Source of the DNA: a virus
Strand: one strand, 5' to 3'
IMG/VR virus record: IMGVR_UViG_3300037189_015081
Location: 1-64,000 of that record
Length of the DNA stretch: 64,000 nucleotides
The translations under genes and the position numbers were made by a program. Of the stretch, positions 36,350 to 51,911 are shown piece by piece. The stretch's first letter is position 1, and every line of letters begins with the position of its first letter. The notes under the pieces are model-generated. The model ran no database searches. It saw nothing but the letters and a program-made list of their open reading frames with translations, and was not told the DNA's origin.

Positions 36350-38095
36350 ATGTCACGTAATTTTCTAACTAGCATCAATCTGAACAAGAACGAACTGCTA
36401 AACGCAGCGATTCAGAGCCTTGCTTATGAGCCAAACAGCCCGTCAATCGGTCAAATCTATTTTGATACCGCCATGAACCACCTGCGCCAGTGGGACGGTA
36501 CTCAGTGGCTTGAGTACCTAACCGCTGAATCGGGTGCTGGTTACATTACCTCTGTTGGTAGCAACCTGAGCGTTACTGACCAGCAGCTTGATCTGGGTGA
36601 AAAGGTAGTAATCACTGACGCTACTCAGACCCTGTCTAATAAAACCGTAGATGGCGCAAAGGTTACAGGAACCACGTCATTCCGCGATGGTTCTGACACT
36701 GAGTACGTAAAGATTGAGCAGTCATACACGGGTACAACCCGCGTCACCTCTGTAGATGACATCGCCATCCGCTCGACTGGCGGTGACGTAATCCTTTACC
36801 CAGGTAATGATGACGGCGGCCCTGGTCGCGCCTATGTCCACTGGGGTAATGACGCCACTGGATCAAACCCGCAGAACGAAATTACAACCGCTGGAAATAC
36901 CCAGACTCTTACCAACAAGACCATTGATAACGGTATTGTAACTGGCACCACATCGTTCCGTGACGCGAGCAACAATGAGGGACTTACTATCGATGTTTCT
37001 AACATCGGTACTGCTCACCTTATCGCTGCAGACGACCTCTCGCTTCGTGCAACTAATGACATCGTTCTCTACCCGGGCAACGATGCTGGCGGCGGACACA
37101 CTGGTAAGGCGTACATCCACTGGGGTAACGACTCCACAGACGCACACCCGGAGCGCGAGATCGCTACTGTGGGTACTAGCCAGACCTTCGACAGCAAGAC
37201 CCTCACCAACACTACTCTTGGTGATGACCTTGACGCCGCATCCACATACCGAGTAGTGAACCTGCTTGATCCCACAAATCCACAGGATGCTGCTACTAAG
37301 GCGTACGTTGACGCCACAGCTCAGGGGCTTTCGGTTCTTGGTTCAGTGCGCACCGCGACTGGTGTAAACATTGACATTACCGCGAACGCTTCGAGCCCAA
37401 TTAGTGGAGTAACGCTTGCCAATGGCGACCGTGTTCTTGTTAAAGCACAGGATACCGCCACTGAAAACGGTATTTACATCTACAACTCTGGTTCACAAAC
37501 CCTTGTAGCGTCAACCGTTCCTTCAGACACAGGGATCAAGGAGGGTTCCTACGTCCTCGTTGAGGAAGGCGCCTATGCTGCTCAGGGTTGGATCGTAACC
37601 GCGTTCTCTGCTGGTGCTTCTACTTGGACGCAGTTCTCTGCCGCGGGTGAGTACACCTCTGGTTATGGAATTGACATTAACGGTCAAGTAATCAGTGTTC
37701 TTTTGGACTCGGATAGCCTTTCATTGTCAGGTGATGGTCTACGGGTCAACTACCACACCGATGGTGGTCTTGACAACGACAGTGGTCTTTACGTAAAGAC
37801 TGGCACTGGTGTAACAATTGACAACAGCGGAAACGTCGCCCTTGACACAAACAACGGTTACGGTGTTCGCAAGGTTGCTACAAACAACAGCGCTCTTACC
37901 GCGTCTGGTGGTCAGGTTACGTGGGTTGTTACCCACAACCTGGGAACACAGGACGTCACCGTTCAACTTCGCGACCTAGCCACGAACGCCCTTGTCGAGG
38001 TTGACGTTGTGCTGACAAGCAGCAACGCAGCTACTCTTTCATGGGTTTCAGAGGACGTCAATGCTGATTCCTACCGTGTCGTCATTGTAGGATAG
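36350..38095 (+). CDS. Tail fibre-like structural protein
   Basis: Repeated QTL.NKT, duplicated ~95-aa module, DAATKAYVD, GDRVLVK.Q...ENGIY, THNLG. Confidence 0.7.
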   Translation: MSRNFLTSINLNKNELLNAAIQSLAYEPNSPSIGQIYFDTAMNHLRQWDGTQWLEYLTAESGAGYITSVGSNLSVTDQQLDLGEKVVITDATQTLSNKTVDGAKVTGTTSFRDGSDTEYVKIEQSYTGTTRVTSVDDIAIRSTGGDVILYPGNDDGGPGRAYVHWGNDATGSNPQNEITTAGNTQTLTNKTIDNGIVTGTTSFRDASNNEGLTIDVSNIGTAHLIAADDLSLRATNDIVLYPGNDAGGGHTGKAYIHWGNDSTDAHPEREIATVGTSQTFDSKTLTNTTLGDDLDAASTYRVVNLLDPTNPQDAATKAYVDATAQGLSVLGSVRTATGVNIDITANASSPISGVTLANGDRVLVKAQDTATENGIYIYNSGSQTLVASTVPSDTGIKEGSYVLVEEGAYAAQGWIVTAFSAGASTWTQFSAAGEYTSGYGIDINGQVISVLLDSDSLSLSGDGLRVNYHTDGGLDNDSGLYVKTGTGVTIDNSGNVALDTNNGYGVRKVATNNSALTASGGQVTWVVTHNLGTQDVTVQLRDLATNALVEVDVVLTSSNAATLSWVSEDVNADSYRVVIVG

Positions 38096-38140
38096 TAATA
38101 CCGCTCCACGTATTTTACCGACACCACTACAGGACGCGAC

Positions 38141-39481
<1,341 letters not shown>

Positions 39482-39491
39482 GAGATAAACA

Positions 39492-40448
39492 ATGGTTTAT
39501 TACGAACCCACATACGCCTCATCGGCAACACCTGCCGTTGACGTTATGAACGACATGCAGACCAAGATGGTTGCTGGTGGCTGGACTTTTGTTGAGACCT
39601 TTACGTCTGGTACAGATGTCACGGACGTTTACAAGTCCCCCGCTGCGAGTAACTCTCTTGCTATGGATTACTTTATCTACCTCAACAGAACAGCTACAAC
39701 TGCCACCGTTGTCACAGTTGGAATTTCCGAGCAGTATGACTCAACGGGTAAAAAAGCCCTAAAGTACGCCACTAACGTGTTGACTTCTCTAACTCCTAAC
39801 CCCACAGACTTTACTGTAAACGATACTGGTGTCGTGCTTAACGGAGCATCTGCACTAAACAAAATTACGCTGTTCTCTCTTGCACTAAACACCGCCCGAG
39901 CATTTAGCATCAATATAACTCCAGAAAGAGTTATGGTAACCTCTCAGACTCTAGCAACGGCAGGAACAGCAAACGGTGCCTACGTAGGCATCTTTGACGC
40001 TAGCTCCACTGCATGGACCGTATGTCTCGGAGTTGTAACCTTTACCATGAGCTCCACAAGCCCTTCTTCTGGTGCCACGTGGGGGGCTGTAACAAGGGCA
40101 CCAAATAGACCTGCAGGTATCAACTTGTTTCAAGCGTTCCAATCTACGTACAACTGGGTTCAGGGTATTTTTAGAAACGGGACCGCATCCTCGCCGACTT
40201 TCACCGACACCTACGGCGGCACAGTTATTGGTCGACTAGGGATGACAACATACCCGTCATATACCGACACGGGAGTTCCCCCAGCAGGAGTGTTTAAAGA
40301 CCTCATAATTACAACACAAGGTGGTGCCAACACTCTTGGAGGAGATACGCTCGCAGTTACTTACGGCTCAACAACCCTTAACTATTTTAGTCTTGGAAAG
40401 AGTACCACTCACGGTACTGTATACAGCTGCTGGTTCCCAAAGCAGTAG
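39492..40448 (+). CDS. Putative virion protein
   Basis: Thr/Gly-rich beta protein inside the fibre cluster. Confidence 0.55.
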   Translation: MVYYEPTYASSATPAVDVMNDMQTKMVAGGWTFVETFTSGTDVTDVYKSPAASNSLAMDYFIYLNRTATTATVVTVGISEQYDSTGKKALKYATNVLTSLTPNPTDFTVNDTGVVLNGASALNKITLFSLALNTARAFSINITPERVMVTSQTLATAGTANGAYVGIFDASSTAWTVCLGVVTFTMSSTSPSSGATWGAVTRAPNRPAGINLFQAFQSTYNWVQGIFRNGTASSPTFTDTYGGTVIGRLGMTTYPSYTDTGVPPAGVFKDLIITTQGGANTLGGDTLAVTYGSTTLNYFSLGKSTTHGTVYSCWFPKQ

Positions 40449-40454
40449 GTATTT

Positions 40455-40685
40455 ATGACAGCATATACCGCCACCGTTCCAGCAGGCGCTCTCGCCTCTC
40501 CTTTTGCGAGGGTCAGTGCTTTAAGATACTCCCCAGCAGGAGCAACAACCACTTATACGTTTGTTTCTCACGCATACTCAGCTCCAGTTAGTATTCGCTC
40601 TCCGCATCTTGCCTTTCAAAAAGCGGCGCAGTCAACTACGGTTCCAAGTATTCCAATACAGACAACAATACCCAAACTACCTTAA
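40455..40685 (+). CDS. Hypothetical protein
   Basis: AGGT RBS, packed ORF. Confidence 0.45.
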   Translation: MTAYTATVPAGALASPFARVSALRYSPAGATTTYTFVSHAYSAPVSIRSPHLAFQKAAQSTTVPSIPIQTTIPKLP

Positions 40686-40694
40686 GGAAAACAC

Positions 40695-40925
40695 ATGTAC
40701 ACAGCAGGATACGGAGACTCCCCTACCGAGCCCACCGAACAGAAAAGCTTTAAGACCCGTGAAGAGGCGCAGGCCTGGCTCGACGAGATCATTCCTACTC
40801 TTCCAGAGCAGACACTCGTCTCTGAGGAAATCCCCGAGACAGTTGTTGACGGAAACGTGGTTCCCGCAGTTCCAGCAGTCTACGAGTGCTCTTGGTGCGC
40901 CTGGATCTCAAACGACGACGCGTAA
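40695..40925 (+). CDS. Hypothetical acidic protein
   Basis: AAGGA RBS. Confidence 0.55.
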   Translation: MYTAGYGDSPTEPTEQKSFKTREEAQAWLDEIIPTLPEQTLVSEEIPETVVDGNVVPAVPAVYECSWCAWISNDDA

Positions 40926-40954
40926 ACTCGTCAACAAAACAATAACAGAGATAA

Positions 40955-44401
<3,447 letters not shown>

Positions 44402-44410
44402 GATTAAAAA

Positions 44411-45346
44411 ATGTCAGTAGCAAAATACTATGATACGGTCTCTGGTACCTGGAAACCAATCATCACCGGACCGATCGGCCCTACCGGTGCGACCGGTGCG
44501 ACCGGTGCGACAGGCGGCACTGGCGCGACAGGTGCAACAGGTAGCACCCCGACCTCGATCTATAATGTAACGATCGCGCCAACAAGCGGTGTACGCATGG
44601 GTGACCAGTGGCTCGACCCGAACACGGGTAACCTGTTCACGTACTACACTGACGCAAATACTAGCCAGTGGATACAGATGGCGTCTGGGCTTTCTGGTAG
44701 CACGGATATTCGTGGTCGCGTAGGCTCCTTGGAAACTCGTGCAACCTCCATTGAATCGGTCAACACCACACAGGATGGTCGCCTAACATCGCTTGAAACG
44801 GCGGACTCCACTACCAATAAGTCAGGGCTTGTACCAATCATCCCGACAAGTGTGGCGGTAGGTTCCGGTACCGCGTCAGTTTCCTCCTCCGGAGTAGTAA
44901 CATTTACCGGTGCGTCAACGGTTTTACTAAACGGTGTGTTTAGTTCCACGTACAAAAACTATAAAATCTTTGCATCATTCCCTTCCGCGACAAACGCATA
45001 TGTCACCAACCAGTTGCAAATGAGATTCTCTACAGCTGGAACTGTAAACTCCACGAGCAACTACACGTGGACCGGGTTTTATACGCAGTCCGGCACGAGC
45101 GGTAACAATGGTGGAACAGGCACAGCTCAATCATACGGTGTGCTTAACTTTACCGCCGATGCGGAATGGACTGTTTACGGTCCGTTTGATTCCTCTAGGG
45201 GTACTGAAGTAGCGGTTTTAAGCATATATGCACACACAGCTGTTCTTGGGGAAGCGGGCTACAACGCCGCGGCATCATTTGATGGTATCCAGCTTCTCGG
45301 TAACACGTACACAGGCGCACTTCAGGTCTATGGATTGAGGAACTAA
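44411..45346 (+). CDS. Fibre / receptor-binding protein
   Basis: Short collagen tract, GDQW..SQW module, head paralogous to 5864..6820. Confidence 0.7.
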   Translation: MSVAKYYDTVSGTWKPIITGPIGPTGATGATGATGGTGATGATGSTPTSIYNVTIAPTSGVRMGDQWLDPNTGNLFTYYTDANTSQWIQMASGLSGSTDIRGRVGSLETRATSIESVNTTQDGRLTSLETADSTTNKSGLVPIIPTSVAVGSGTASVSSSGVVTFTGASTVLLNGVFSSTYKNYKIFASFPSATNAYVTNQLQMRFSTAGTVNSTSNYTWTGFYTQSGTSGNNGGTGTAQSYGVLNFTADAEWTVYGPFDSSRGTEVAVLSIYAHTAVLGEAGYNAAASFDGIQLLGNTYTGALQVYGLRN

Positions 45347-45348
45347 AC

Positions 45349-45567
45349 ATGGAAATAGAAGAAATCACCCCTGACGATTCTGTCGCCCCGGTCTACCTGA
45401 TCCCTCCTACCGAGGAGGAGATCGCTGAACTCGAGCAATGGGCCGCAGAGTCCGAGGCTCGCCTGGCCGCGGAGGAACTACGCGTCGCCGCGCGCGCAAG
45501 CGCCCTTGATAAACTCGCCAAACTTGGGCTCACCGAGGACGAGGCAAAGGCGGTGATTGGTCTCTAA
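45349..45567 (+). CDS. Small fibre-associated protein
   Basis: Paralog of 6823..7047. Confidence 0.6.
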   Translation: MEIEEITPDDSVAPVYLIPPTEEEIAELEQWAAESEARLAAEELRVAARASALDKLAKLGLTEDEAKAVIGL

Positions 45568-46799
45568 TGGCACTAGACTTCCCTTCATCACCGACCAATG
45601 GTCAGGTATATGACAAGTACACCTGGGACTCAACCAAGGGCGTATGGACGATTAACTCGTCTATTGTGACGACAATGACTGCGTCCGACGCTCCGCCGTC
45701 CAGCCCTAATCCGGGTGACGCATGGTTTGAGTCCTCGACAGGTTCCGTGTTCGTTTACTATTCCGATGCCGACTCCAGTCAGTGGGTGCAGGCAACCTCG
45801 GCGTATGGTACCTCGTACACTCAGCTAGAGTACAGCTCACCCAACTATGTCATCAATGGCGCGTTCGATATCTGGCAGCGCTGGACAGGTACCGCGTTCG
45901 CATCCGCCGGGTACACCGCGGACCGGTGGGCTATCGTTGCCGCTAGCGGTCAAACCGTTTCCGTTTCCCAACAAGCCTTTACTCCCGGGACTGCACCTGT
46001 CGCCGGGTATGAGAGTAGCTATTTTTGTCGCATGGCGTGGACGGGTACACCTTCAGGGTACTTCTGGTTCACGCAACGCGTCGAGGATGTTCGCACACTG
46101 GCAGGGCAAACAGCAACCCTGTCGTTCTGGGCAAAGGCCGGTACAGCCACGTCCGCGTTTACACCGGTAATTGAACAAAACTTTGGTTCAGGTGGTTCAA
46201 GTGTTGTGCAAACTGTTGGCACCGCGATTTCGTTGACAACGTCGTGGCAACGCTACTCGGTGACGTTTAATATCCCCAGCATCACTGGTAAAACCATTGG
46301 TACAAGCTCCTACCTCGACGTTCGCCCGCTATATAGCAGCTCGACAGGTGTATCAGCGAACAACATTGACATCTGGGGTGTACAATTAGAGTATGGTTCC
46401 ACGCCCACGACGTTCCGTCGCAACGCAAACTCGCTGCAAGGTGAACTTGCAGCTTGTCAGCGGTATTACTGGCGCTGGTCTGCTACTGCCGCAAACACAA
46501 GCGAGTCGGTTATTGCTCAGGGCGTTTTCAACGGAACCAATAACGCACGAATCTTTATGCCGCTACCCGTGGAAATGCGAAGCGGAACTTTGTCGGTCGC
46601 CCAATCCGGAATTGTTGTTGGCGACCAAACTATCGCTTCAGCCACCCCAAACTCTTTCGCAACAGACAACTCAAGAAACACTACCAAAACAGTTCAGTTT
46701 GTTGTTGGTTGGGCTTCTCCCACATTTACAACAAGATACCCTGCTTTTATCTTTAACTCTACAACTTCCTCTTGGATAGAAGTTTCAGCGGAACTATAA
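45567..46799 (+). CDS. Modular fibre protein (FPSSP module plus carbohydrate-binding-like head)
   Basis: MALDFPSSPTNGQ; head paralogous to the C-terminus of 40964..44401. Confidence 0.7.
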   Translation: MALDFPSSPTNGQVYDKYTWDSTKGVWTINSSIVTTMTASDAPPSSPNPGDAWFESSTGSVFVYYSDADSSQWVQATSAYGTSYTQLEYSSPNYVINGAFDIWQRWTGTAFASAGYTADRWAIVAASGQTVSVSQQAFTPGTAPVAGYESSYFCRMAWTGTPSGYFWFTQRVEDVRTLAGQTATLSFWAKAGTATSAFTPVIEQNFGSGGSSVVQTVGTAISLTTSWQRYSVTFNIPSITGKTIGTSSYLDVRPLYSSSTGVSANNIDIWGVQLEYGSTPTTFRRNANSLQGELAACQRYYWRWSATAANTSESVIAQGVFNGTNNARIFMPLPVEMRSGTLSVAQSGIVVGDQTIASATPNSFATDNSRNTTKTVQFVVGWASPTFTTRYPAFIFNSTTSSWIEVSAEL

Positions 46800-46808
46800 G
46801 GATGATTA

Positions 46809-47537
46809 ATGGCGCTCAACTTCCCATCCTCACCGACTAATGGGCAGACATACAAACAGTGGACATGGTCCTCTTCACTAAACGCGTGGAGAATCAACAA
46901 TAGTCTACCGTCATTCGTCGTATCCTCAACAGCACCCGTATCACCCGTCAATGGTACGCAATGGTTCGACACGAGTGACGGTTCCGTGTACACGTACTAC
47001 AATGACGGCGACAGCAGCCAGTGGGTTGAGGGTATCTCATCGACAACCCTTGACCTGACCACAACACTCGCCGCGCTACAAACCCAGGCAACCTCGTACA
47101 CGAACAGTCTCGCCAGGCTCGGCTCCTGGGGAGCCAAGTCCGGACCAACCGCGTACAACACCGCGTATAAATACACCTGGAGTTACGGTGTACACAGCGG
47201 TACCGGGATTGACGCGACAACGTACTCTGATGGTATTATGATTACTGAAACCGGTATCTATGAGGTAGCCACCGCGCAACGATCCAATGGAAACGGTAAC
47301 GGCGCGATCTGTCTCGCCGTTGACGGGAGCCGATACACCATTGACGGTTCAGGGCGAGGTATCTGGTCACATGACCATTCCACGAACAATGGTAGCTGGG
47401 CTAAATCATACTTCATCGGTAACCTGAACGCCGGGGAAAAAATCACCGCGGGTGTACCAGACACGACCTACGCTGGATGGATGACCTTTGGTTCAAACGG
47501 ATACAACGGGTACCTTTCAGTTAAGAGGCTTGGATAA
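46809..47537 (+). CDS. Modular fibre protein, head type A, copy 1
   Basis: MALNFPSSPTNGQ; WG.KS.P, GIDA.TY, WSH.HS, GYLSV.RL. Confidence 0.7.
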   Translation: MALNFPSSPTNGQTYKQWTWSSSLNAWRINNSLPSFVVSSTAPVSPVNGTQWFDTSDGSVYTYYNDGDSSQWVEGISSTTLDLTTTLAALQTQATSYTNSLARLGSWGAKSGPTAYNTAYKYTWSYGVHSGTGIDATTYSDGIMITETGIYEVATAQRSNGNGNGAICLAVDGSRYTIDGSGRGIWSHDHSTNNGSWAKSYFIGNLNAGEKITAGVPDTTYAGWMTFGSNGYNGYLSVKRLG

Positions 47538-48265
47538 TGGCGCTAAACTTTCCTTCCTCACCAACGGACGGGCAAATCTACCAGGGTTGGAAATGGTCCA
47601 CGGCTTTAGGTGCCTGGAAATCCACGTACTCCTCTGACATCATGGTAGTTTCCGCTACCGCGCCAGTCTCACCAGTTGACGGTACGCAATGGTTTGACAC
47701 CAGTGATGGTTCAACGTACCTTTACTATAAAAACGGTACAAACCGCCAGTGGGTAGAGCTAATGGCGCAGGCTGGTACACCGATAAACACTTCCGCTGTT
47801 AACGCGCTAACCCCGCAGTTTGCCGCGAACAACTATTCACTGAACAAGACAGGTAGCTGGGGAGTGAAATCAGCTCCGTCATACTTTGCTTCAGCGTACT
47901 TGAACAGATGGAACTATGGCAGACATGGCGGGCGTGGAATCGACGCTCTTACCTATGATTACGGCATCTACATTCAAGAAGACGGGTATTACGAGGTTAG
48001 GGGTGCGCAAAGATGCGGCTCTACCACCAACCCGTATTTCGGGGTCACGGTCGGTGGAAACCGAACTACTCTTGAAGGTAGGACTGCGGGAATCTGGTCC
48101 CACAGTCACTCAAACACCCTGTACACGTGGACCGAATCATACTACATTGGTCCACTCTACGCAGGTGAAATAGTCACTGGAGGGGCACCAGACTCTGGAA
48201 CCGCGGCAAGTCTTATGTTTGGTTCCGGTTGGGCAGGGTACCTTTCCGTTGAGAGGTTACGCTAA
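47537..48265 (+). CDS. Modular fibre protein, head type A, copy 2
   Basis: Paralog of the flanking genes, same length (242 aa). Confidence 0.7.
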   Translation: MALNFPSSPTDGQIYQGWKWSTALGAWKSTYSSDIMVVSATAPVSPVDGTQWFDTSDGSTYLYYKNGTNRQWVELMAQAGTPINTSAVNALTPQFAANNYSLNKTGSWGVKSAPSYFASAYLNRWNYGRHGGRGIDALTYDYGIYIQEDGYYEVRGAQRCGSTTNPYFGVTVGGNRTTLEGRTAGIWSHSHSNTLYTWTESYYIGPLYAGEIVTGGAPDSGTAASLMFGSGWAGYLSVERLR

Positions 48266-48996
48266 TGGGTTATAATTTTCCTGCAAGCCCTTCCAATGGT
48301 CAAGTATACGGTCGCTGGAAATGGTCCGCTGAGAAACAGGTATGGCGCGAAAACGCTGTCCCCTTTGTTTCCGCGATATATGAACAGGCAACCGCTCCAA
48401 CAAACCCGCGTCAAGGTGATTTATGGGTAAACACGAACACGGGAACAACCTACGTGTTTTACGATGACGGCACAAGTCGCCAATGGGTTGAGCGACAGGT
48501 TTCCGATCAGGCTATCCCTGCCAAGGACGGGGTCACCTTGCTAACCTCGGAATCAACGAACGTGTCCAGTCTACTCGCCCGTGAATACGCCTGGGGAGGA
48601 AAAAGTGGTCCGTCAAGTTGGTCGTCTGCTTACATCAATATCTGGAATTTTGGAAAACACAGCGGAACAGGTATTGACGCAACAACCTACACGGACGGTG
48701 TCATGATTACCGAAAGCGGAGTGTACGAGGTTAGAACCGGGCAGCGGGCAAGCGGTACTGGAAATGACTACGTCGGTATCGGTGTTGCAGGAAACCGAGC
48801 CACACTGGAAGGTCGCCTTGAAGGCATGTGGTCCCACGACCACTCATCTAACACATCAACCTGGACACAGTCATACTATATTGGTCCACTCTACGCTGGT
48901 GAAAAAATAACCTCAGGGTCCCCCGGTTCAGGAGCGGCACTAGTGTACGGGACAGACAACGCGTACGGATACCTTTCAGTTAGGCGACTCAAATAA
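48265..48996 (+). CDS. Modular fibre protein, head type A, copy 3
   Basis: Paralog, TAATG-coupled. Confidence 0.7.
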   Translation: MGYNFPASPSNGQVYGRWKWSAEKQVWRENAVPFVSAIYEQATAPTNPRQGDLWVNTNTGTTYVFYDDGTSRQWVERQVSDQAIPAKDGVTLLTSESTNVSSLLAREYAWGGKSGPSSWSSAYINIWNFGKHSGTGIDATTYTDGVMITESGVYEVRTGQRASGTGNDYVGIGVAGNRATLEGRLEGMWSHDHSSNTSTWTQSYYIGPLYAGEKITSGSPGSGAALVYGTDNAYGYLSVRRLK

Positions 48997-50546
48997 TGGC
49001 AACCTATACACTGCGACCAGCGTCTATCGCCAGCATTAACGTCCCTGCTCCAGACTTTACAACGACCGCGGCGACATACTCAACCACGGCCCAGCTACTG
49101 TCCGTTCTAAGCGACAACAATGACTCGACCTACGCATGGGTAACGGACACCGGTAACGGTGGTTCAGTAGCAGACTTCACGTTCCAGTTATCTACACCAA
49201 CAATCCCGAGCGACGAGTTTATCGTTCGCTGCGCCACGGACATGCGCTGGTTGCAGAACAACACTGGTTCCGGCAACCGAGTCAACGGTGAAACTCTTGC
49301 GCCCGGAGACACCTGGTCCGGATACGATGGGCCGCACATTGATGTTCCTAACTCTACTACGGTACCGCTCGGTACGAGTACACTAGTAACACGATCCGTT
49401 ACGTGGTCACGCTCCGTCGCGTCCAGTCTCCAATACCGATGGTACGGCGGCCGCACTGAACAGGACAGCGGTTACGCAAAGATCGTCGACCTCTCCACCC
49501 GAGTTCTAACCATAAAAAACGCCACGGCGACACCGGCAAACACCACGATGGGTTCCGGAAACTATGGTTACATTCCAGTAAGCATCGCGGCAACCATTGA
49601 CTGGGAAGCCTCCGCGAGTGAGAGCACAAAACTCCGCACGGTAACCGTAGAACTACGCGTCGAATCCGGCGGCAGCTCCGCGTACGGTGGCACCCTTATC
49701 ACCTCGACAACCTATGACACCGTTTTCACGTCAACGTCAACGTTCACCCCGAGTATCCCTTTACCCGGTTCCCTGGCAAACGGCACATACAAGGTGTACG
49801 CGCGTGCCACACGATACCGTGAAGGGCAAACATTCTCACAGGCTCAAGGATACTCGGAGCAGATCGGTGCATGGGCATCAGCGTCCCTGACCGTAAATGT
49901 TCCCGCACCGGACGCTGTCCTGACATTTCCATCCAGCCCGACAAATGGTCAAGTGTACAGCAACTGGACATATAACTCGTCCAAGTCCGTGTGGGAGGTA
50001 ACCCCTACCCCGGTAACCTCCATGGTGTTCACTGGTACCATTATGCAGTACGCGCTCCCGATCGCACCGCCGGGATGGTTACTGTGTAACGGGCAATCAA
50101 CCTCGGGTTACACTGCCTTGGCAGCAATTGTTGGCGGGACCGTTCCAGACCTGCGCGGACGTGTAATCGTTGGTCAAAACAGTGGAACATTCTCTACCCT
50201 GCTAGCAACTGGTGGTGAGGAGCAACACCTGCTCACCGCGGCGGAGTCCGGGCTTGTTGACCATAACCACGGCGGAGGAACGGGGTCGATGGATAGGAAC
50301 AACACCCACACACACGACGCGACGCACTGGCACGCGCTAGGTGGTACTAACCGAACCTTTGCCTCAAAGGCAGCTGGAAACTACCTGTACGGTGCCCAAA
50401 CAACCACCAGCACGGACAGCGGAACAGCTTCCCAAGGCGCAGACGTCGACCACGGGCACTCAATCCCGTCATCAGGAGCAGACGCGCTGGTGGCGCACAA
50501 CAATCTTCAACCTTACATTGTTTTGAACTACATCATTAAGACGTGA
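48996..50546 (+). CDS. Virion protein fused to internal FPSSP module and tail-collar/HxH needle domain
   Basis: Internal LTFPSSPTNGQ, GWLLCNG, PDLRGR, HxH motifs, HNNLQPY..LNYIIK. Confidence 0.7.
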   Translation: MATYTLRPASIASINVPAPDFTTTAATYSTTAQLLSVLSDNNDSTYAWVTDTGNGGSVADFTFQLSTPTIPSDEFIVRCATDMRWLQNNTGSGNRVNGETLAPGDTWSGYDGPHIDVPNSTTVPLGTSTLVTRSVTWSRSVASSLQYRWYGGRTEQDSGYAKIVDLSTRVLTIKNATATPANTTMGSGNYGYIPVSIAATIDWEASASESTKLRTVTVELRVESGGSSAYGGTLITSTTYDTVFTSTSTFTPSIPLPGSLANGTYKVYARATRYREGQTFSQAQGYSEQIGAWASASLTVNVPAPDAVLTFPSSPTNGQVYSNWTYNSSKSVWEVTPTPVTSMVFTGTIMQYALPIAPPGWLLCNGQSTSGYTALAAIVGGTVPDLRGRVIVGQNSGTFSTLLATGGEEQHLLTAAESGLVDHNHGGGTGSMDRNNTHTHDATHWHALGGTNRTFASKAAGNYLYGAQTTTSTDSGTASQGADVDHGHSIPSSGADALVAHNNLQPYIVLNYIIKT

Positions 50547-50551
50547 TATAA

Positions 50552-51262
50552 ATGGCACTCGATTTTCCAAGCAACCCAACCGATGGGCAAACCTACAATG
50601 GTTGGGCATACTCCTCGTCACGCGGCGCGTGGGAGGTTGCGCCATCATACGCCTTTGTACCCGTAGCAGCAATCATGCCATACCGGGGTTCCAGTGCGCC
50701 GACAGGCTGGTTGTTCTGTGATGGTTCGACGATCGACATAACAAACACCGCGTACACCGCGCTTGCGTCGCTTCTTGGTGACATGTACGGAACACACTCT
50801 GGTAACAATTATTATCTTCCAAACATGCAAGGAAGAGTACCCGTGGCAAAGGCCGGGTATGGAACATTCGATGTTCTCGGTGCTAAAGGCGGGGAAGAAA
50901 CACACCTGCTCAACTACACTCGGTGCGGGCTGCAGAGCCACTCTCACAGTACAGGCGGCATGATCCAGTACAACACTGACTGGAGTGGCGGGAGCCACTA
51001 CCACACCCTCAGCACCCACAACCACAGCAACGGTGTCTATGACAGAGGCGCGTACGTCATCGTTACAGGTGGAACAAACTTCAGCTACAACAACGGTGGT
51101 TTGACCGATCTACAAGCAACAAGCAACCCTGGTAGCGTGTCAGGTAACAACTCGGACATGACCCATCACCACAGCATTGGTGCTCAATCACAGGAATACG
51201 CGTCCAGTGCACACAACAACCTTCAACCGTACGTTGTGCTGAACTACATCATTAAGTATTAG
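50552..51262 (+). CDS. Tail-collar/HxH needle fibre protein
   Basis: MALDFPSNPTDGQ, GWLFCDG, PNMQGR, HxH motifs. Confidence 0.75.
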   Translation: MALDFPSNPTDGQTYNGWAYSSSRGAWEVAPSYAFVPVAAIMPYRGSSAPTGWLFCDGSTIDITNTAYTALASLLGDMYGTHSGNNYYLPNMQGRVPVAKAGYGTFDVLGAKGGEETHLLNYTRCGLQSHSHSTGGMIQYNTDWSGGSHYHTLSTHNHSNGVYDRGAYVIVTGGTNFSYNNGGLTDLQATSNPGSVSGNNSDMTHHHSIGAQSQEYASSAHNNLQPYVVLNYIIKY

Positions 51263-51271
51263 GATTAAACA

Positions 51272-51898
51272 GTGGCGCTAGACTTTCCTTTAAACCCCAC
51301 CAACGGGCAAACATACAATGGTTGGTCATACAACTCTTCAAAGTCAGTGTGGGAGGTAATCACCACAACGCAACCGAGTATCCCTGTTGGCTCAATCGCC
51401 ATGTGGGCAACAGCTACTCCCCCCAGCGGATGGCTACTCTGCAACGGACAGAGTACCTCCGCGTACCCTGTTTTAGCGGCCATTGTCGGGCAAAACGTTC
51501 CTGACCTTACAGGGCGTGTCCCTGTAGGAAAAGCATCAAGTGGCACCTTTGCAACACTAGGAGCAACTGGTGGGGAGGAAACACACGCGCTCACCCCATC
51601 GGAATCCGCTATGCCCAGCCACAGCCATGGCGGAAACACGTATGACGGTGGAAACGTCACCCACTCCCACACCTTTAACCACAGACACCTCCAGGGGCAA
51701 GGTGGTAACCGCACTGCGACGGGCGGTACTGGTTCGAGCAACTGGTCGTACGGAAGCAACACTGGAACAGCCGCTGCTTCACTTACCGCGGCAGACACAA
51801 ACCACTATCACACGATCAATGGCAGTGGCTCCGCGAACGGGGCAGCTCACAACAATCTTCAACCCTACATCGTGCTAAACTACATCATTAAATACTAA
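51272..51898 (+). CDS. Tail-collar/HxH needle fibre protein
   Basis: MALDFPLNPTNGQ, PVGSI, GWLLCNG, HxH motifs. Confidence 0.75.
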   Translation: MALDFPLNPTNGQTYNGWSYNSSKSVWEVITTTQPSIPVGSIAMWATATPPSGWLLCNGQSTSAYPVLAAIVGQNVPDLTGRVPVGKASSGTFATLGATGGEETHALTPSESAMPSHSHGGNTYDGGNVTHSHTFNHRHLQGQGGNRTATGGTGSSNWSYGSNTGTAAASLTAADTNHYHTINGSGSANGAAHNNLQPYIVLNYIIKY

Positions 51899-51911
51899 GG
51901 AGAAAAACAAA

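Noticed and set aside
46809-51898. Diversity-generating retroelement acting on the fibre paralogs
   Set aside because: No reverse transcriptase is in the window, all copies are full ORFs, and the differences are not restricted to adenines.
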